The notes beneath the pieces are model-generated. The model ran no database searches, was not told where the DNA came from, and worked only from the letters and a program-made list of their open reading frames with translations. Source: Synechococcus sp. A15-28 (lineage in GTDB: Bacteria; Cyanobacteriota; Cyanobacteriia; PCC-6307; Cyanobiaceae). From it: a stretch of 32,000 nucleotides of DNA. The position numbers and the translations under genes are program-made. The stretch covers positions 1,260,001-1,292,000 of the forward strand of contig NZ_CP047931.1 of the NCBI RefSeq assembly GCF_014280175.1, given 5' to 3'. Below are positions 30,880-32,000 of the stretch, piece after piece; position 1 is the stretch's first letter; the number at the start of each line of letters is the position of its first letter.

Positions 30880-31437
30880 ATGAGTGATTCCTACGGTGAA
30901 CCCCAACAGCAAGGGGCTCAAGGCGACGATGTCCGCGGCCAGGGTGGACGAGGCGGTGCCCGTGGTGGCCGTGGTGGTGGCAACCGCGAAGGCGGCGGCT
31001 TCCGCATCCGCCTCAGCGAAAACGAAATGCGTTCCGCCCGGGCACTTCAGGAGGCCTTCAACCTTCGCTCCACCGTCGCCGTCCTGGGCTTTGCCCTGCG
31101 AACCCTGGGGCAGATGCTTGAAGACGGTCAGCTGGATGAGTTGATCGAACAGCAGCGCAATCAGGCCCCCCGTGGCCGCCGCGACGGCGGTGGTCGCGAT
31201 GGTGGCGGTCGCGATGGTGGTGGACGAGGACGACGCTCGGATGATGATCGCCAGGCCGGTCGCGGTTCACGACCCGACCCCTTTGCACGTCCATCCAAGC
31301 CTCAGCCAGAGCCGGAGCCAACACCAGAGCCAGAGCCGGAATCCACCGCCGATGCTGCCCCCGCAGACCCCTCGGACGAAACTCCGATGGACCTTCCCAG
31401 CGAGGAGGAGTCCAAGGAAGCAGCCCCTGAGGCCTGA
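30880..31437 (+). CDS. RGG-rich protein with a central ribbon-helix-helix-like core
   Basis: N-terminal GQGGRGGARGGRGGGNREGGG. Core FRIRLSENEMRSARALQEAFNLRSTVAVLGFALRTLGQMLEDG. Then RRDGGGRDGGGRDGGGRGRR and PEPEPTPEPEPE tails. Confidence 0.7.
   Translation: MSDSYGEPQQQGAQGDDVRGQGGRGGARGGRGGGNREGGGFRIRLSENEMRSARALQEAFNLRSTVAVLGFALRTLGQMLEDGQLDELIEQQRNQAPRGRRDGGGRDGGGRDGGGRGRRSDDDRQAGRGSRPDPFARPSKPQPEPEPTPEPEPESTADAAPADPSDETPMDLPSEEESKEAAPEA
31183..31236 (+). repeat. In-frame tandem repeat encoding DGGGR units
   Basis: GACGGCGGTGGTCGCGAT GGTGGCGGTCGCGAT GGTGGTGGACGAGGACGACGC. A second short repeat at 31306-31341 encodes PEPEPTPEPEPE. Confidence 0.8.

Positions 31438-32000
<563 letters not shown>

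Overview
High-GC picocyanobacterial (marine Synechococcus-like) chromosomal segment, identified by psbA (D1), an hli gene, cp12, rpsU and trpS. I found no rRNA, tRNA, CRISPR array, transposase or integrase. Recognisable core genes are: an ABC importer translationally coupled to a Rieske oxygenase, a TIM-barrel isomerase, a J-domain protein, an SDR, GH57, DUF1499, DUF2130, cupins, an alpha/beta hydrolase, DoxX, an ureidoglycolate-lyase-like protein, TauE, DUF1993, a DUF481 outer-membrane protein, a SnoaL-like protein, a DUF697-like protein, a CDF transporter and an RGG-rich protein. The unusual content lies between these genes, mainly at 5.6-6.5, 8.3-10.0, 13.3-14.5, 16.4-17.0 and 24.3-26.5 kb. 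These stretches hold many ORFs below the 60-aa cutoff of the supplied track, including pairs of adjacent mini transmembrane peptides, an orphan Nif11-type peptide, an NblA-like ORF and Cys-rich mini-proteins. Three small-protein families each occur twice in the window, and this conservation is the best evidence that those small ORFs are real genes. Candidate regulatory elements include an HLR1-like box at hli, a 25-bp perfect palindrome upstream of the NblA-like ORF, and phased CTTCATGAAG palindromes upstream of psbA. I cannot name one coherent novel system. All family names come from motif recognition by eye, not from searches.
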